From positions 5,776 through 69,775 of the forward strand of contig JBHHWM010000002.1 in the NCBI GenBank assembly GCA_046756545.1: a DNA stretch of 64,000 nucleotides, read 5' to 3'. The position numbers were made by a program, and so were the translations under genes. The notes beneath the pieces were generated by a model. That model saw only the letters and a program-made list of their open reading frames with translations, was not told the DNA's origin and ran no database searches. This DNA is from Rhodothermales bacterium. GTDB lineage: Bacteria; Bacteroidota; Rhodothermia; Rhodothermales; JBHHWM01. Within the stretch, counting starts at the first letter, position 1; each line of letters begins with the position of its first letter. Below are positions 38,089 to 48,333 of the stretch, piece by piece.

Positions 38089-38994
38089 TCATCGGTAGCC
38101 GTAGGATCGCAGGAAAGTGTCCTTGTTACGCCAGTCGCTTCGGACCTTGACGAAGAGTTTCAGAAAGACGGGTTTGCCGAGGAACGCCTCGATGTCTTTG
38201 CGCGCGGCGATGCCTACCTGTTTCAGCGCCCGGCCGCCCTTGCCGATCAGGATGCCTTTCTGTGAATCGCGCTCCACCACGATTTCCGCGTCGATGAGGT
38301 CTTTGCCATCCGAGCGTTCCTCGTAGGCGGTGATGTTGACGGCGGCGGAGTACGGGATTTCCTGGCGGTACTTTTGGAAGACTTTCTCGCGGATGATCTC
38401 GGCGACGAAGAACCGCTGCGGGTGTTCGCTGATCATATCCTTCGGGTAGAAGGGCGGCCCCAGGGGCAGGCGCTGCCTGATCTCCCGCATCAGCACGTCG
38501 AGGTTGAAACCCGTCAGGGCCGAGATGGGGATGATTTCTTCGAAGGCGCGGAGCGTCGTGTAGCGCTCGACCAGCGGGAGCGCGTCTTCCTGTTGAATCA
38601 GGTCGATTTTGTTGATGGCGAGGATGGCCGGACGCGTGCCGAGTTGATCCAGGCTCAGCGTGTCCGGCGCGTCCTGGCGCGCATCGGCCAGGAAGACGAT
38701 CAGGTCGGCGTCGGTGATGGCGTCGCGGACGTTGTGCATCATGGCTTCCTGGAGCTGGTAGCGCGGCTTGATGATGCCGGGCGTATCCAGGAAAATGATC
38801 TGCGCCTCGTCGTCGGAGAAGATGCCGAGGATGCGATGCCGGGTCGTCTGGGCCTTGGGGGTGACGATGGAGAGCTTGCTGCCCAGCAGTGCGTTGAGCA
38901 ACGTGCTCTTGCCGACGTTCGGCTTTCCGATGAGGGCCACGTAGCCGCTGCGATGATCGGCCGGAACGGCGTCGAGGTTGAGGATGGGTTCCAT
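38089..38994 (-). CDS. era: GTPase Era
   Basis: The motifs are G1 GKPNVGKST, G3 DTPG and G4 NKID. A C-terminal KH domain follows (VERDSQKGILIGKGG..LK). Confidence 0.95.
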   Translation of the reverse strand: MEPILNLDAVPADHRSGYVALIGKPNVGKSTLLNALLGSKLSIVTPKAQTTRHRILGIFSDDEAQIIFLDTPGIIKPRYQLQEAMMHNVRDAITDADLIVFLADARQDAPDTLSLDQLGTRPAILAINKIDLIQQEDALPLVERYTTLRAFEEIIPISALTGFNLDVLMREIRQRLPLGPPFYPKDMISEHPQRFFVAEIIREKVFQKYRQEIPYSAAVNITAYEERSDGKDLIDAEIVVERDSQKGILIGKGGRALKQVGIAARKDIEAFLGKPVFLKLFVKVRSDWRNKDTFLRSYGYR

Positions 38995-39005
38995 AGAAGG
39001 CAGGC

Positions 39006-39731
39006 TTAATATTCTTTCACAAGCCGCCGCATCTCGCGGACGGCGCGGTCGAGGCCGACGAGCACGGCGCGGGCCACCACGGCAAACCCAATGGAGACCT
39101 CGCGAACGTGAGGGACGGTCTGTTGGAAGAGAGGGTAGTTGTGGTAGTCGAGGCCGTGCCCGGCGTGGACCCGCAGGCCCAGGGCGTGCGCCTTCTCGGC
39201 CCCGCGTGCCAGGCGACGAGCCATCTCCTGCTGCGCGGCGAGTGTGCGGGCGTTGGCAAAGTCGCCCGTATGGAGTTCGATGGCGTTGGCCCCGACCTCG
39301 CGGGCCGCTTCGATCTGGTCCTCGTCCGGATCGACGAAGAGGGCGACTTCTTCGATCCTGGCATCGTAGAGGCGAGGAACGACCTCGTGCAGCCGGTCGC
39401 GGTGTCCGAGCACGTCGAGGCCGCCTTCGGTTGTGATCTCCTCGCGGCGTTCGGGCACGAGGGTCGCTAGCTCAGGCTTGATGTCGCAGCAGATGCGGAC
39501 GATCTCTTCGTGGGTCGAAAGTTCGAAATCCAGTTTGCCTTGCACGGTTTGCCGGAGGAGTCGGGCATCGCGATCATGAATATGGCGGCGGTCTTCGCGC
39601 AGGTGGAAGACGATCCCGTCGGCCCCGGCCAGTTCGCAGAGCACGGCGGCCTGGACGGGATCGGGAAAGGTTTCGCGCCGCGCATTGCGCAACGTCGCGA
39701 CGTGATCGATGTTGATAAGCAGGTTGGTCAC
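39006..39731 (-). CDS. pdxJ: Pyridoxine 5'-phosphate synthase
   Basis: The motifs are LLINIDHVATLRNAR, GIVFHLREDRRHI, ELHTG, HAGHGL and EVSIGFA. Confidence 0.95.
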   Translation of the reverse strand: MTNLLINIDHVATLRNARRETFPDPVQAAVLCELAGADGIVFHLREDRRHIHDRDARLLRQTVQGKLDFELSTHEEIVRICCDIKPELATLVPERREEITTEGGLDVLGHRDRLHEVVPRLYDARIEEVALFVDPDEDQIEAAREVGANAIELHTGDFANARTLAAQQEMARRLARGAEKAHALGLRVHAGHGLDYHNYPLFQQTVPHVREVSIGFAVVARAVLVGLDRAVREMRRLVKEY

Positions 39732-40029
39732 AGGCGTAAGAAGGTGAATGAACGTGAACCTTTAAGGAAAAAATGATGAGGAAGAGCAACTCCTGCGTGT
39801 TTTCCGGGTCTGCTTTCGATAGCAGGAGGCTCTGAAAAGAGTAGAACCCCATAGAAACGACCTTTGTTTTGTTGCTGCTGCATGTAAGGTGGCAGGGGCT
39901 TGCAAGGGGAGAGCCGCGATGTAGTTGCATTTCGGGGGGAAATACCTGTATTTTCGATCCCGGCGCTTTGTTAAGAGTGCCGTCCTGTTTACGATTATCC
40001 CACCCATACACATCTGGAGCACGACACGC

Positions 40030-40491
40030 ATGGCTTCGAGTGGCCAAAGTCTTAGAATCGCAATCCAAATCCTGTTAGGGATCATCATCATCGCGTTGGG
40101 TTATTGGCTGTATGTCTCTATTACCGGTCCCTGGAAAGAGGTGGAACGGAGACAAGAAATGACACGGATGACGCGCGAGCGCATGGACAAGGTCCGTATA
40201 GCGCTCATCCGGTATGAAAGGGCGGAAGACCGGTTCCCGGGGGGGCTCGATTCTCTGGTCTTGTGGCTAAAAACGGACTCCGCGAGCGTGGCCAACCTGG
40301 ACAGTCTCTTCGGTCTCGGGTTCGACCCGGATTCGATGCTTTTCTCTCCCCGGACACGCAAGCGGTTCCTCTACACGCTCAACGACACCGGGCGTGTGGC
40401 CGTTTATCTGCTCAAAGATCCGGACTCCGAAGATCAGATCGGCTCCGAGACACCGGACATTACGCAACTCAACGCGGCCAGTTGGGAGTAG
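40030..40491 (+). CDS. Hypothetical N-terminally anchored protein (pseudopilin-like organisation without a prepilin cleavage motif)
   Basis: It has a single N-terminal helix, IAIQILLGIIIIALGYWLYV. It is followed by MDKVRIALIRYERAEDRFPGGLDSLVLWL, which recalls the GspG/pilin globular head pattern. No G/FTLIE leader motif is present. Confidence 0.45.
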   Translation: MASSGQSLRIAIQILLGIIIIALGYWLYVSITGPWKEVERRQEMTRMTRERMDKVRIALIRYERAEDRFPGGLDSLVLWLKTDSASVANLDSLFGLGFDPDSMLFSPRTRKRFLYTLNDTGRVAVYLLKDPDSEDQIGSETPDITQLNAASWE

Positions 40492-40595
40492 ACTGTCCAT
40501 TTTGGATTATAGGTTTTAGATTCTGGGTTAGGATCTTGTATGCGATAAGGTCCCATCTGATCGGTCTGTTCCAGCATCCGGGATGAGGTCTTTCA

Positions 40596-41516
40596 ATGGA
40601 CGTACGCGCACGGGCAGGCATCGACATCTATGGAAAGGAACTCCGCTATGCCGAAGTGGAGCAGCGGGGTCCACGCTATCGTCTGCTCCGGCTCGGTAGT
40701 TGCGATTTCGATTTCGACGTGGCCGAAGCCGTTCTTCAGGGAACGAACACGGAGTACCTGGAGGCCCTTACGGACGCGCTCAATGATGTCTTCGAGGGGT
40801 CGGTGGCCGCCCGGCTTCACGTCACGCTGCATCCGCCTACCTGCTACTCGTTTTTCACGCCGATCCCCGTCGATATGGGAAAGGAGGCTCGCAAGACGCA
40901 CCTGCTCCGGGAAGCGGCCCTGCTGACGCGTTCGCACGCGCCGCAACCCCTCCGTCTCACGGCCGACCCCGTCTACACCGAAACCGTGGCCGAGGGTGTG
41001 GCCGTCGAGTGGTTCCATGTGCTGGCGCTGAACGAGCAACTGCATGGACGCTTTGATCGCATTTGCCGGATGCTGCCCCAATCGCGCCACCGCATGACGT
41101 TGAGCATGCACGCGGTGGCCAATGCCATTGAACGGATCGAGCGGCGGGATGGAGGCCGTCGCCAGGACGCGCCGTTCACCCTTGCGCTCGGTTGGTATCC
41201 CACGCACGTCGAGTATACGCTGTGCCGCCACGGTCGCTGGTACTTCAGCCAATACACCGACGCCGACGCGCCGGACGACTGCGCCTACTTCGCGCTCGTG
41301 CTGCTCGACCGCCTCGGACTAAAACCGTCCTCCATCGGGCGCATCTTTACGTACGGGGGTTACAAAGATCTGGATGAGTTCTTGCAGCTAGGCTACGTGT
41401 TTCCGGTAGCTCCCGAATCGCTGAATCCGCTGCAACTCATCGACCTGGACCAGGGCAGCATGGCGGCCGGCTTCGATCATCAGGTGTATGCGCCCTGTGT
41501 CGGGGTCGCCTTGTAG
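40596..41516 (+). CDS. Hypothetical protein with PilM/actin-like ATPase-fold pattern
   Basis: The start AGIDIYGKELRYAEVEQ and the later LALGWYPTHVEYTLCRHG follow the two-lobe pattern of PilM-like proteins. I see no clear nucleotide-binding motifs. The assignment is tentative. Confidence 0.4.
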   Translation: MDVRARAGIDIYGKELRYAEVEQRGPRYRLLRLGSCDFDFDVAEAVLQGTNTEYLEALTDALNDVFEGSVAARLHVTLHPPTCYSFFTPIPVDMGKEARKTHLLREAALLTRSHAPQPLRLTADPVYTETVAEGVAVEWFHVLALNEQLHGRFDRICRMLPQSRHRMTLSMHAVANAIERIERRDGGRRQDAPFTLALGWYPTHVEYTLCRHGRWYFSQYTDADAPDDCAYFALVLLDRLGLKPSSIGRIFTYGGYKDLDEFLQLGYVFPVAPESLNPLQLIDLDQGSMAAGFDHQVYAPCVGVAL

Positions 41517-41744
41517 GGCAGGTAGAACAAAAGGCCGGGTTGTTGGGGCCTGAAGGGGACACGCGGGCATTGTTCGACGAACCGAGGCGGCGTGGTTTCA
41601 TTTCGGGGGCACCGGGAGCGTGATTATTTTTTAGCTGCCGCGCCGTATTGACACCAAGGCGGGCAGCTTCTATTTTACCCTTCCGTGCAAACCGCGCTTT
41701 TTTTATTCCCCACCCTTTTTGCACGCCGGTTTACCCACAGTATT

Positions 41745-43466
41745 ATGTGTTTCAGGTTGCCCATATTCCGGCAACGACCGGTACTTTTCTTTGGCTGTGC
41801 CTTGTTGATAGGGATGGTGCATAGCGCACCTGTATGGGGACAGTTCAGCCGGGTGTGGGGAGCCGAAGAGCTTCAAATCGGCCAGCGGTGCAACCTGTTT
41901 GCCCGCTGGGACGGCCGTTCGTCGCTCGATGGAGTCTTTCTCGAACTTCCGGCCGGATGGACGCTCCAGGAAGCGACGGCCCTGCGGCAGGGCTACGAGC
42001 AAATGGCCCTTCAGGTTCGTCGCGGAGACCGGATGGGGAATCAGTATGTGATCTCCGCTTCTCGCGCGCTTCGCGGAGCGCACGACCTGATTTTTCGGAT
42101 TCAGACCGGGGGAACGCCGGGGCATACGTTCTGGACCCTCACCCCCTTTCAACGCCGCACCAGCAACGGACAGGTACGGTTGATAGCCCGCGACGCCTTT
42201 CACCAGGATCAACTCGTGCGTCAGACTATGTCGGCCCCGGTGCTCGATAACCGCGTGCTGGCTTTCCGAGGGGACGGAGCGCCCTGGCTCTTGCAGCGTG
42301 AGGCGTTGCCGGATCTGGGCACCCGGGCCGCCTATTCCGTCGAATTCTGGCTGCGGACCACGGACTTCAACGAAGTGCTGCTCTCGACATGGACGGGCGA
42401 CGAGCATGCCCCTTATCCCCTCGAATTGATCGTCGATGCCGGGGGGCGGCTGCGCTTTTATCGGGGGCAGCCGGGGCGGCACGAGTCGATGGTTACGCAG
42501 GATCCGGTAGCCGACGGGCAGTGGCACCACATTGCCCTGACGCACGAAGGGGCCGCCGGCTGGACGCGTCTCTTCCTCGACGGAGCCGCCGCCGATTCGC
42601 TCGTGAGCCCGGTACCGCTGACCATTGCGCACCGCACGCCCCTGGCGCTCGGGGCGCGTCTACCGTCTACCGACGCATCAGTGGAAATCGGCAGCGGGTA
42701 TACGGGGCTCCTCGATGAACTGCATTTCTGGCCCCGCGCACGTCGAGCCGCCGAGATCCGACGTACCATGCGTCAGCCGGTGGAGGCTACGGAGGCCGGC
42801 GTGGTGTTTCTTGGGTTCGAAGAGCCGATTCCGTCCGCCTTGATCGAGCGTCGTTCTCCGCGTACCGAGCGTGTTTCCTCTGATCTCGCCTTGTATCATC
42901 CCGTCCGCAATGTACAGGCCGTGCTGGACGGGGAGGCCATCCGGGTTACCTGGGAGACACGCGATCAACACACGACCGCTTTCGTGGTGGAGCGCTCGAC
43001 GGACGGACGCGACTTTCAGGCCGTCGGCGATGTGGCGGTGCCCGAAGCTATCTCTGCCGTGAACCGGGTGGAACCGTTTTCCTTTCTCGATCCTGATGTC
43101 GCAAGCCAGGTGGTGTTTTACCGGATCCGTCAACGCTTTGACGGGGGTGCAGAACGGCTTTCCGGTGCCATCAAACTGGGGCTTGGCCGGGTAGAGCAGG
43201 AGCAGGCGGTGCTTCTCGGTAACTTCCCCAACCCGTTTAATCCCACGACGACCATCGTCTACGAGGTGCGCGAGACGCAGCGCGTCCGTGTTTCGGTGTG
43301 GGATCTCTCGGGGCAGCAGGTGGCGATGCTCGTAGACCAGGTACGACGACCGGGGAGCTACGACGTGCGGTTCGACGGCGGCGATCTGCCCAGCGGCACC
43401 TACTTTGTGCGTCTCCAGAACCCGCAAGGACCGATACAGACGCACAAGATGATCTTGATGAAGTAA
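41745..43466 (+). CDS. LamG (concanavalin A-like lectin) domain protein with T9SS C-terminal sorting domain
   Basis: The LamG pattern is FWLRTTDFNEVLLSTW...GQWHHIALTH...RLFLDGAAA...LDELHFWPRARRAAEI. The C-terminal FPNPFNPTTTIVYEV...SGTYFVRLQ...HKMILMK is a Por/T9SS CTD. The start is probably MCFRLPIF at 41745. Confidence 0.62.
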   Translation: MCFRLPIFRQRPVLFFGCALLIGMVHSAPVWGQFSRVWGAEELQIGQRCNLFARWDGRSSLDGVFLELPAGWTLQEATALRQGYEQMALQVRRGDRMGNQYVISASRALRGAHDLIFRIQTGGTPGHTFWTLTPFQRRTSNGQVRLIARDAFHQDQLVRQTMSAPVLDNRVLAFRGDGAPWLLQREALPDLGTRAAYSVEFWLRTTDFNEVLLSTWTGDEHAPYPLELIVDAGGRLRFYRGQPGRHESMVTQDPVADGQWHHIALTHEGAAGWTRLFLDGAAADSLVSPVPLTIAHRTPLALGARLPSTDASVEIGSGYTGLLDELHFWPRARRAAEIRRTMRQPVEATEAGVVFLGFEEPIPSALIERRSPRTERVSSDLALYHPVRNVQAVLDGEAIRVTWETRDQHTTAFVVERSTDGRDFQAVGDVAVPEAISAVNRVEPFSFLDPDVASQVVFYRIRQRFDGGAERLSGAIKLGLGRVEQEQAVLLGNFPNPFNPTTTIVYEVRETQRVRVSVWDLSGQQVAMLVDQVRRPGSYDVRFDGGDLPSGTYFVRLQNPQGPIQTHKMILMK

Positions 43467-43540
43467 GGAGCTTTTCAGACGGGGTTCGTGCAGGGGCTTT
43501 CATTTCGTTGCGGCCCGCCGACATAGATTTCATCGATTGG

Positions 43541-43576
43541 AGGGGCACGGTGCAGATGTTCGCCGTGCCTCTTTTC
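43541..43576 (+). terminator. Probable intrinsic terminator downstream of the LamG gene
   Basis: AGGGGCACGG (43541-43550) pairs with CCGTGCCTCT (43563-43572), giving 10 bp including one G-U pair. The loop is 12 nt and the stem is followed by TTTC. Confidence 0.45.
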
Positions 43577-43662
43577 GTGCAATCACGGGTGGCATAACAA
43601 CGATCGATGACGTTATTTTCAGGCAACCGACACGCCGTATCAATCATTGCAGGAGGATCTTC

Positions 43663-44346
43663 ATGAAACTCACCTACTTCGGCCATTCGGCGTTTCAGAT
43701 CGAGACCAACGGTGCCACGCTCCTCTTCGATCCGTTCATCACAGGCAATAAGCACACCGACGGCATCGTTACTCCCGGCGACCTCCATCCCGATGTGATT
43801 CTGCTGACGCACGCGCACGGCGATCACTGGGGCGATACCATCGATATTGCCCGGCGGAGTGGGGCCCTGATCGTCGCCAACTTCGAGATTACGCAGTATG
43901 CCCAGGCGCAGGGCCACGGCAACGTCCAACCTATGAATACGGGCGGGTCGTGGACGTTCGACTGGGGCACGGTGACCCAGACGTACGCGCGCCACTCGTC
44001 CTCTTTTCCCGACGGCACCTACGGCGGTAATCCCAATGGCTACCTGGTCCACTTCGAGGGCCTCTGCATTTACAATGCCGGCGATACGAGCCCTTTTGCC
44101 GAAATGGCGTGGATAGGCGAAGAGCACCAGGTAGACGTTGCGCTGCTTCCCATCGGCGACTGTTTTACGATGGGGCCGACAGGGGCCGTCCGGGCCGCCC
44201 GGATGCTCAAGCCCGCGTTGACCGTTCCGCTCCACTTCAATACGTTCCCGCTCATCGAAGTAGATACCGCGCAATGGGCGGCCCAGATGGCGGCTGAAGG
44301 GTTCGACACAAGAATTTTGGCTGCCGGCGAAACGCTTGAACGATAG
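43663..44346 (+). CDS. Metal-dependent hydrolase, UPF0173 (MBL-fold) family
   Basis: The motifs are MKLTYFGHSAFQIETNG..LLFDPF, LLTHAHGDH and VPLHFNTFP. The trimmed length is 227 aa. Confidence 0.8.
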   Translation: MKLTYFGHSAFQIETNGATLLFDPFITGNKHTDGIVTPGDLHPDVILLTHAHGDHWGDTIDIARRSGALIVANFEITQYAQAQGHGNVQPMNTGGSWTFDWGTVTQTYARHSSSFPDGTYGGNPNGYLVHFEGLCIYNAGDTSPFAEMAWIGEEHQVDVALLPIGDCFTMGPTGAVRAARMLKPALTVPLHFNTFPLIEVDTAQWAAQMAAEGFDTRILAAGETLER

Positions 44347-44455
44347 TGGCGTAAGTTCAGGAAAAGTTGTATGATTGACAAGACGGCCCACAGAACGCCG
44401 TCGATCATTCCTCGATGTGGCTCGGTGGCTTTCATCAGCTTCGACGAGCACGTTC

Positions 44456-45478
44456 ATGCTTCCTCGACCGCTTTTGCTAGGCAGGGTCCACGCGCGCGTG
44501 CGGCCCGTCGGGCGCTGGCTTCTCCTGGCGCTCCTGCTGGGCCTGGGACTCGCTCCCGGAGACGTGGCCGCCCAACGTCCCTTTCGCATCAACGACCCGT
44601 TCTACCGGGGCGAGACGGCTCGCCGGGACTTCTTCGACCGATATGCATTCACGGCTGAAGTGTCCTATCGGTCGGCCGGATCATTGCAAGAAGACGGCTT
44701 GCCTACGGCCAGCAGCGACCTCGGGCTCCGCTTCCGCTTCGACTATGAGCTTGCCTCCCGCCTCGACCTGGGAGCCATCTTCGACGCCGTCGGCGGTAAC
44801 ACCGGCCGGTCGGTCTCGTTAAGCTGGCTCGTGCTCAAGTATTACCGCTACCTGGAACGGTCGGACTACGCGTTCCGGCTGGCCGTCGATCCCTCGTCGG
44901 ACGGTCGCGTCGGGTTTCCCCAGGTCGATCTCGCCTTTCTCTACACGTCCTTGCTCTCGCCGGTGTTTTCGACGGACTTTGGCCTGGGGATGCGGCGGGT
45001 CAACATCGGCTACGCGCAGTTCCTGCCGCCCGAGCCCCTCGGCCCCGACGATCCGCTCGTCATCCGCCCCCGACCGACGGTGCTTTTCACGCGGGCGCTG
45101 GGTACCGAATTGCACGTGATGATGGATTACAACCTGCTCCTCGACCCGGCAGGCAGCAACCTGTTCTTCGGTTTTCTTGGTGAAGGCGGCGCGTACAGTT
45201 TAATCGAGTCTCCCTTACGCCGGTCGGACTCCGGGACGCTGGCCGTTTCGAACATTTCCGATCTGGAAGAGGGCACGGCCGTGCAGGAAGGTCAGGAACG
45301 GAGGATTCCCTATCGCGGCGGGGTCGTATGGGTGCGTGCCGGCATCGAGTTTCACCGGCCCAGCTATCAGATTTCGCCCTTCCTGGGAGCGCCGCTCAAG
45401 CAATGGACGCCGGAGGCGGAGAATGGCAGTTGGCCCCAGGCACGTCTTCACTTCGGGGTGCAACTGATGCTGCGGTAA
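44456..45478 (+). CDS. Hypothetical exported protein, possibly outer-membrane beta-barrel
   Basis: The signal-like N-terminus is WLLLALLLGLGLAPGDVAA/QR. The sequence has alternating-polarity strands such as LGLRFRFDYELA and LHFGVQLMLR. I recognise no family. Confidence 0.4.
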   Translation: MLPRPLLLGRVHARVRPVGRWLLLALLLGLGLAPGDVAAQRPFRINDPFYRGETARRDFFDRYAFTAEVSYRSAGSLQEDGLPTASSDLGLRFRFDYELASRLDLGAIFDAVGGNTGRSVSLSWLVLKYYRYLERSDYAFRLAVDPSSDGRVGFPQVDLAFLYTSLLSPVFSTDFGLGMRRVNIGYAQFLPPEPLGPDDPLVIRPRPTVLFTRALGTELHVMMDYNLLLDPAGSNLFFGFLGEGGAYSLIESPLRRSDSGTLAVSNISDLEEGTAVQEGQERRIPYRGGVVWVRAGIEFHRPSYQISPFLGAPLKQWTPEAENGSWPQARLHFGVQLMLR

Positions 45479-45553
45479 CGAATCGAGCCGCAGGGGAAGC
45501 AGCCGCAGAGAACAGGCCGGCGGCACCTCGTTCACCATGGATTCTTCGCCGGT

Positions 45554-46045
45554 ATGACCCTTGGTATTCTCTCCGACACGCACGGGTATTTTCATCCGAG
45601 GCTTCCGGAGTTCCTGGATTCGGTCGATCTGATCTTACACGCCGGCGATGTGGGAGATGAGCAGGTGTTGGATCGGCTGGAAGCCCTGGCTCCGACCCGG
45701 GCCGTCTGGGGAAACATCGACGGCGTGGCGCTTCGCCGCCGGGTGCCCGAGCATCAGCGTTTTGAACAGGAGAGCCTCTCGTTCTGGATGACCCATATTG
45801 CCGGACGGCCCGGACGCTGGCAGGCCGGCATGGGAGAGGCGCTACGCGAGCAACCGCCCGATGTGTTCATCTGCGGCCATAGCCATATCTTGCAGATCGA
45901 GCGCGTGGCCGCGTTGGACGGCATGCTTTTTATCAATCCCGGAGCCGCCGGGCGGCAGGGCCTGCACCGGGTGAAAACGTGCGTGCGCCTCGTCCTCTCC
46001 AACGGAACGCCGACGCAGGCCGAAGTCATCCATCTCGATGATTGA
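45554..46045 (+). CDS. Metallophosphoesterase (YfcE/MJ0936 family)
   Basis: The motifs are GILSDTHG, HAGDVG, GNID, CGHSH and INPGA. Confidence 0.82.
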   Translation: MTLGILSDTHGYFHPRLPEFLDSVDLILHAGDVGDEQVLDRLEALAPTRAVWGNIDGVALRRRVPEHQRFEQESLSFWMTHIAGRPGRWQAGMGEALREQPPDVFICGHSHILQIERVAALDGMLFINPGAAGRQGLHRVKTCVRLVLSNGTPTQAEVIHLDD

Positions 46046-46163
46046 CGGCGGCTGGAGGCCGAACGGATCAATGGAATGGGGCCGAGTTCGGTCTAAATAA
46101 TCAGGGTTCAAAGCGGCAGTTTTGTTAACTTTACACCCTCAACGTTGAATCGGATGTACCTTC

Positions 46164-47903
46164 ATGCCCGACGCCATCACGCGTGCTCAGCGCACCGAAC
46201 GCTTCGACCTCCGAGCGATTTATGAAACGAGCCAGCTACTCAGTAGCTCGCTCGACCTGGAGTTTGTGCTCAGCAATCTCTTGTTGACGGCCATGAGCAA
46301 GCTGCTCGTAACGCGGGGGGCTGCGCTGCTCCACGACCCCCTTGAAGATGCCTACCGGGCTGCTGCCGTCAAAGGCCTTCCCGGTCTCAAAAAAGGAGAC
46401 CTGGTGCAAACCGCCGATCTTCCCCACGACCGCATGCTGCACGGCGACGAAGTCCCTGAAGCGCTGGCGGCTCTGCGCGTTCGGCTCGTTTTGCCGGTGG
46501 CCTTCGGGCATCGCAAGATCGGGTTGATCGGGCTGGGCAAGAAGGCGACGGGGCAGCCCTATGAGGAGCAAGAACTGGAGTTCATCCAGTCGCTGGTCAA
46601 CATGTCGTCCTCGGCGGTGCACAACTCGCTTATCGTCGAAGAACTCCGCCAGGCCAACCGCGACCTCGACGGCAAAATCCAGCAACTCAACACGCTGTTC
46701 GATCTGTCGCAGGAGTTCAACGCCACCGTGGACCGGGAGCGCCTCGTCAAGCTGTTCTCGTTCGCGTTGATGGGGCAGATGCTGGTGGGCAAGCATCTCT
46801 TCATGATGCGGCGCACGGGGGGCGGAAACGACGAGGCCGAACACACCCTGGAGATCGTCTCGATAAAAGGCATTCAGGAGAAGGTGATAGAGCCCGACCT
46901 GGTGGACCGGCTGTGCGCCCTGGAAGATCTGGTGCTTCTGGAGCAGGAGGCCGAGGATGCCGAAGACTGGGAAGCTTTTCGGCAATGTGGGTTGGTGCTG
47001 GCCCTGCCGCTCCGGCAGCAAGGCGAGACGCGCGGTTTGCTTTGCCTGGGGCCGAAAATGACGGGCCAGGGCTACCAGCCGGACGAAGTGGAGTTCCTGT
47101 ATTCACTGGGTAACCTGGCTCTCGTCTCCATTCAAAATGCCTATCTGTTCGAAGAGCAGGTCGAGAAAGAGCGGCTGGAGAAGGAAATGCGCCTCGCGCG
47201 AGAGATCCAGGAGGGATTGCTGCCGAGCCGAATCCCCACGGTGCCCGGTGCCGAAGTGGCCGCGCTGGCCCTGCCCAGCCGCGAGGTGGGCGGCGACTAC
47301 CTCGACGCGGTGCTCTTGGAAGGCAACCGCCTCCTGCTGGCCATCGCCGATGTGACGGGCAAGGGGGTCCCCGCTGCGCTGTTGATGGCCAACCTTCAGG
47401 CGTGTCTCCACGTCATGGTGCCGATGGATCTGACGCTCGAAGAAGCCACGAGCCACATGAACCGCGTCATCTGCCAGAATACGGGGTACGATAAATTCAT
47501 TACCGCTTTTACCGGTATTTACCACGCCGAGACGGGACAATTCGAGTACGTCAATGCAGGCCACGAGCCGCCGATGCTGGTGCGTAACAACGGCGACATC
47601 GAGTTGCTGGAAGCCGGCGGTCTGTTGCTGGGCGTGATGCGCAATATGCCCTACGAACGCGGATGTGTCATGCTCGAACCGGGCGACACGGTGGTGATGT
47701 TTACGGACGGTGTGACGGAAGCGATGGGGGCGGAAGAAGAAGAATATACGCCGGAGCGGTTGGAGGCCTGCCTCAAAACGCATCACCGTCAATCGGCGCA
47801 GGCCTTGCTCGACAGCATCCAGCAAGACGTTATCGTGTTCACCGGCGAGGTACCCGTCCTCAGCGACGACCGGACGATGGTGGTGCTGAAGGTAACTGGG
47901 TAG
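46164..47903 (+). CDS. PP2C/SpoIIE-family serine phosphatase with N-terminal GAF domains
   Basis: The C-terminal part, REIQEGLLP...GGDYLD...LAIADVTGKGVPAALLMA...FTDGVTEA...SDDRTMVVLKV, is the RsbU/SpoIIE pattern. Two GAF-like regions precede it. Confidence 0.85.
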   Translation: MPDAITRAQRTERFDLRAIYETSQLLSSSLDLEFVLSNLLLTAMSKLLVTRGAALLHDPLEDAYRAAAVKGLPGLKKGDLVQTADLPHDRMLHGDEVPEALAALRVRLVLPVAFGHRKIGLIGLGKKATGQPYEEQELEFIQSLVNMSSSAVHNSLIVEELRQANRDLDGKIQQLNTLFDLSQEFNATVDRERLVKLFSFALMGQMLVGKHLFMMRRTGGGNDEAEHTLEIVSIKGIQEKVIEPDLVDRLCALEDLVLLEQEAEDAEDWEAFRQCGLVLALPLRQQGETRGLLCLGPKMTGQGYQPDEVEFLYSLGNLALVSIQNAYLFEEQVEKERLEKEMRLAREIQEGLLPSRIPTVPGAEVAALALPSREVGGDYLDAVLLEGNRLLLAIADVTGKGVPAALLMANLQACLHVMVPMDLTLEEATSHMNRVICQNTGYDKFITAFTGIYHAETGQFEYVNAGHEPPMLVRNNGDIELLEAGGLLLGVMRNMPYERGCVMLEPGDTVVMFTDGVTEAMGAEEEEYTPERLEACLKTHHRQSAQALLDSIQQDVIVFTGEVPVLSDDRTMVVLKVTG

Positions 47904-48099
47904 CACGTACGGCACGTGGAGCTATGAAAAAAGATCGGCCTGCTCGATAGCAGAAGCACGCTTTTCCCCGACGCTGTTTATGAAAGAAAAGCAAATCCTG
48001 GATTTTTACCCTGTATGGACGTTGCATACCTGAAGGAACGGGGTTACGTTAGAATACCTGCTCATCCGCTCCTTCACCAGATGATGAAGCCACGGAACC

Positions 48100-48333
48100 A
48101 TGCTGAACCTGAGTACGGAAGTAAAACAGGCGACGACGGAGTGCAAGAAGGAGTTTTCGTGCCTGGAAGGTAACAGAACGGATCTGTGCAAAGTGAAATA
48201 CTGTGTGGATAGAGAACTCCATTTCATCAAATGCCTGAACGAAGGGTATTGCCCGTATCAGTACCTTTTTGGCAAGGAGTATGTATGCGTGTGCCCCACG
48301 CGCAAAGAGATCTATAACAAGTACAAGGTATAA
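48100..48333 (+). CDS. Small (77 aa) cysteine-rich hypothetical protein in a low-GC islet
   Basis: The sequence is MLNLSTEVKQATTECKKEFSCLEGNRTDLCKVKYCVDRELHFIKCLNEGYCPYQYLFGKEYVCVCPTRKEIYNKYKV, with 8 Cys. It is Lys/Tyr/Glu-rich and does not look like a shadow ORF. Whether it is coding is unproven. Confidence 0.4.
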   Translation: MLNLSTEVKQATTECKKEFSCLEGNRTDLCKVKYCVDRELHFIKCLNEGYCPYQYLFGKEYVCVCPTRKEIYNKYKV

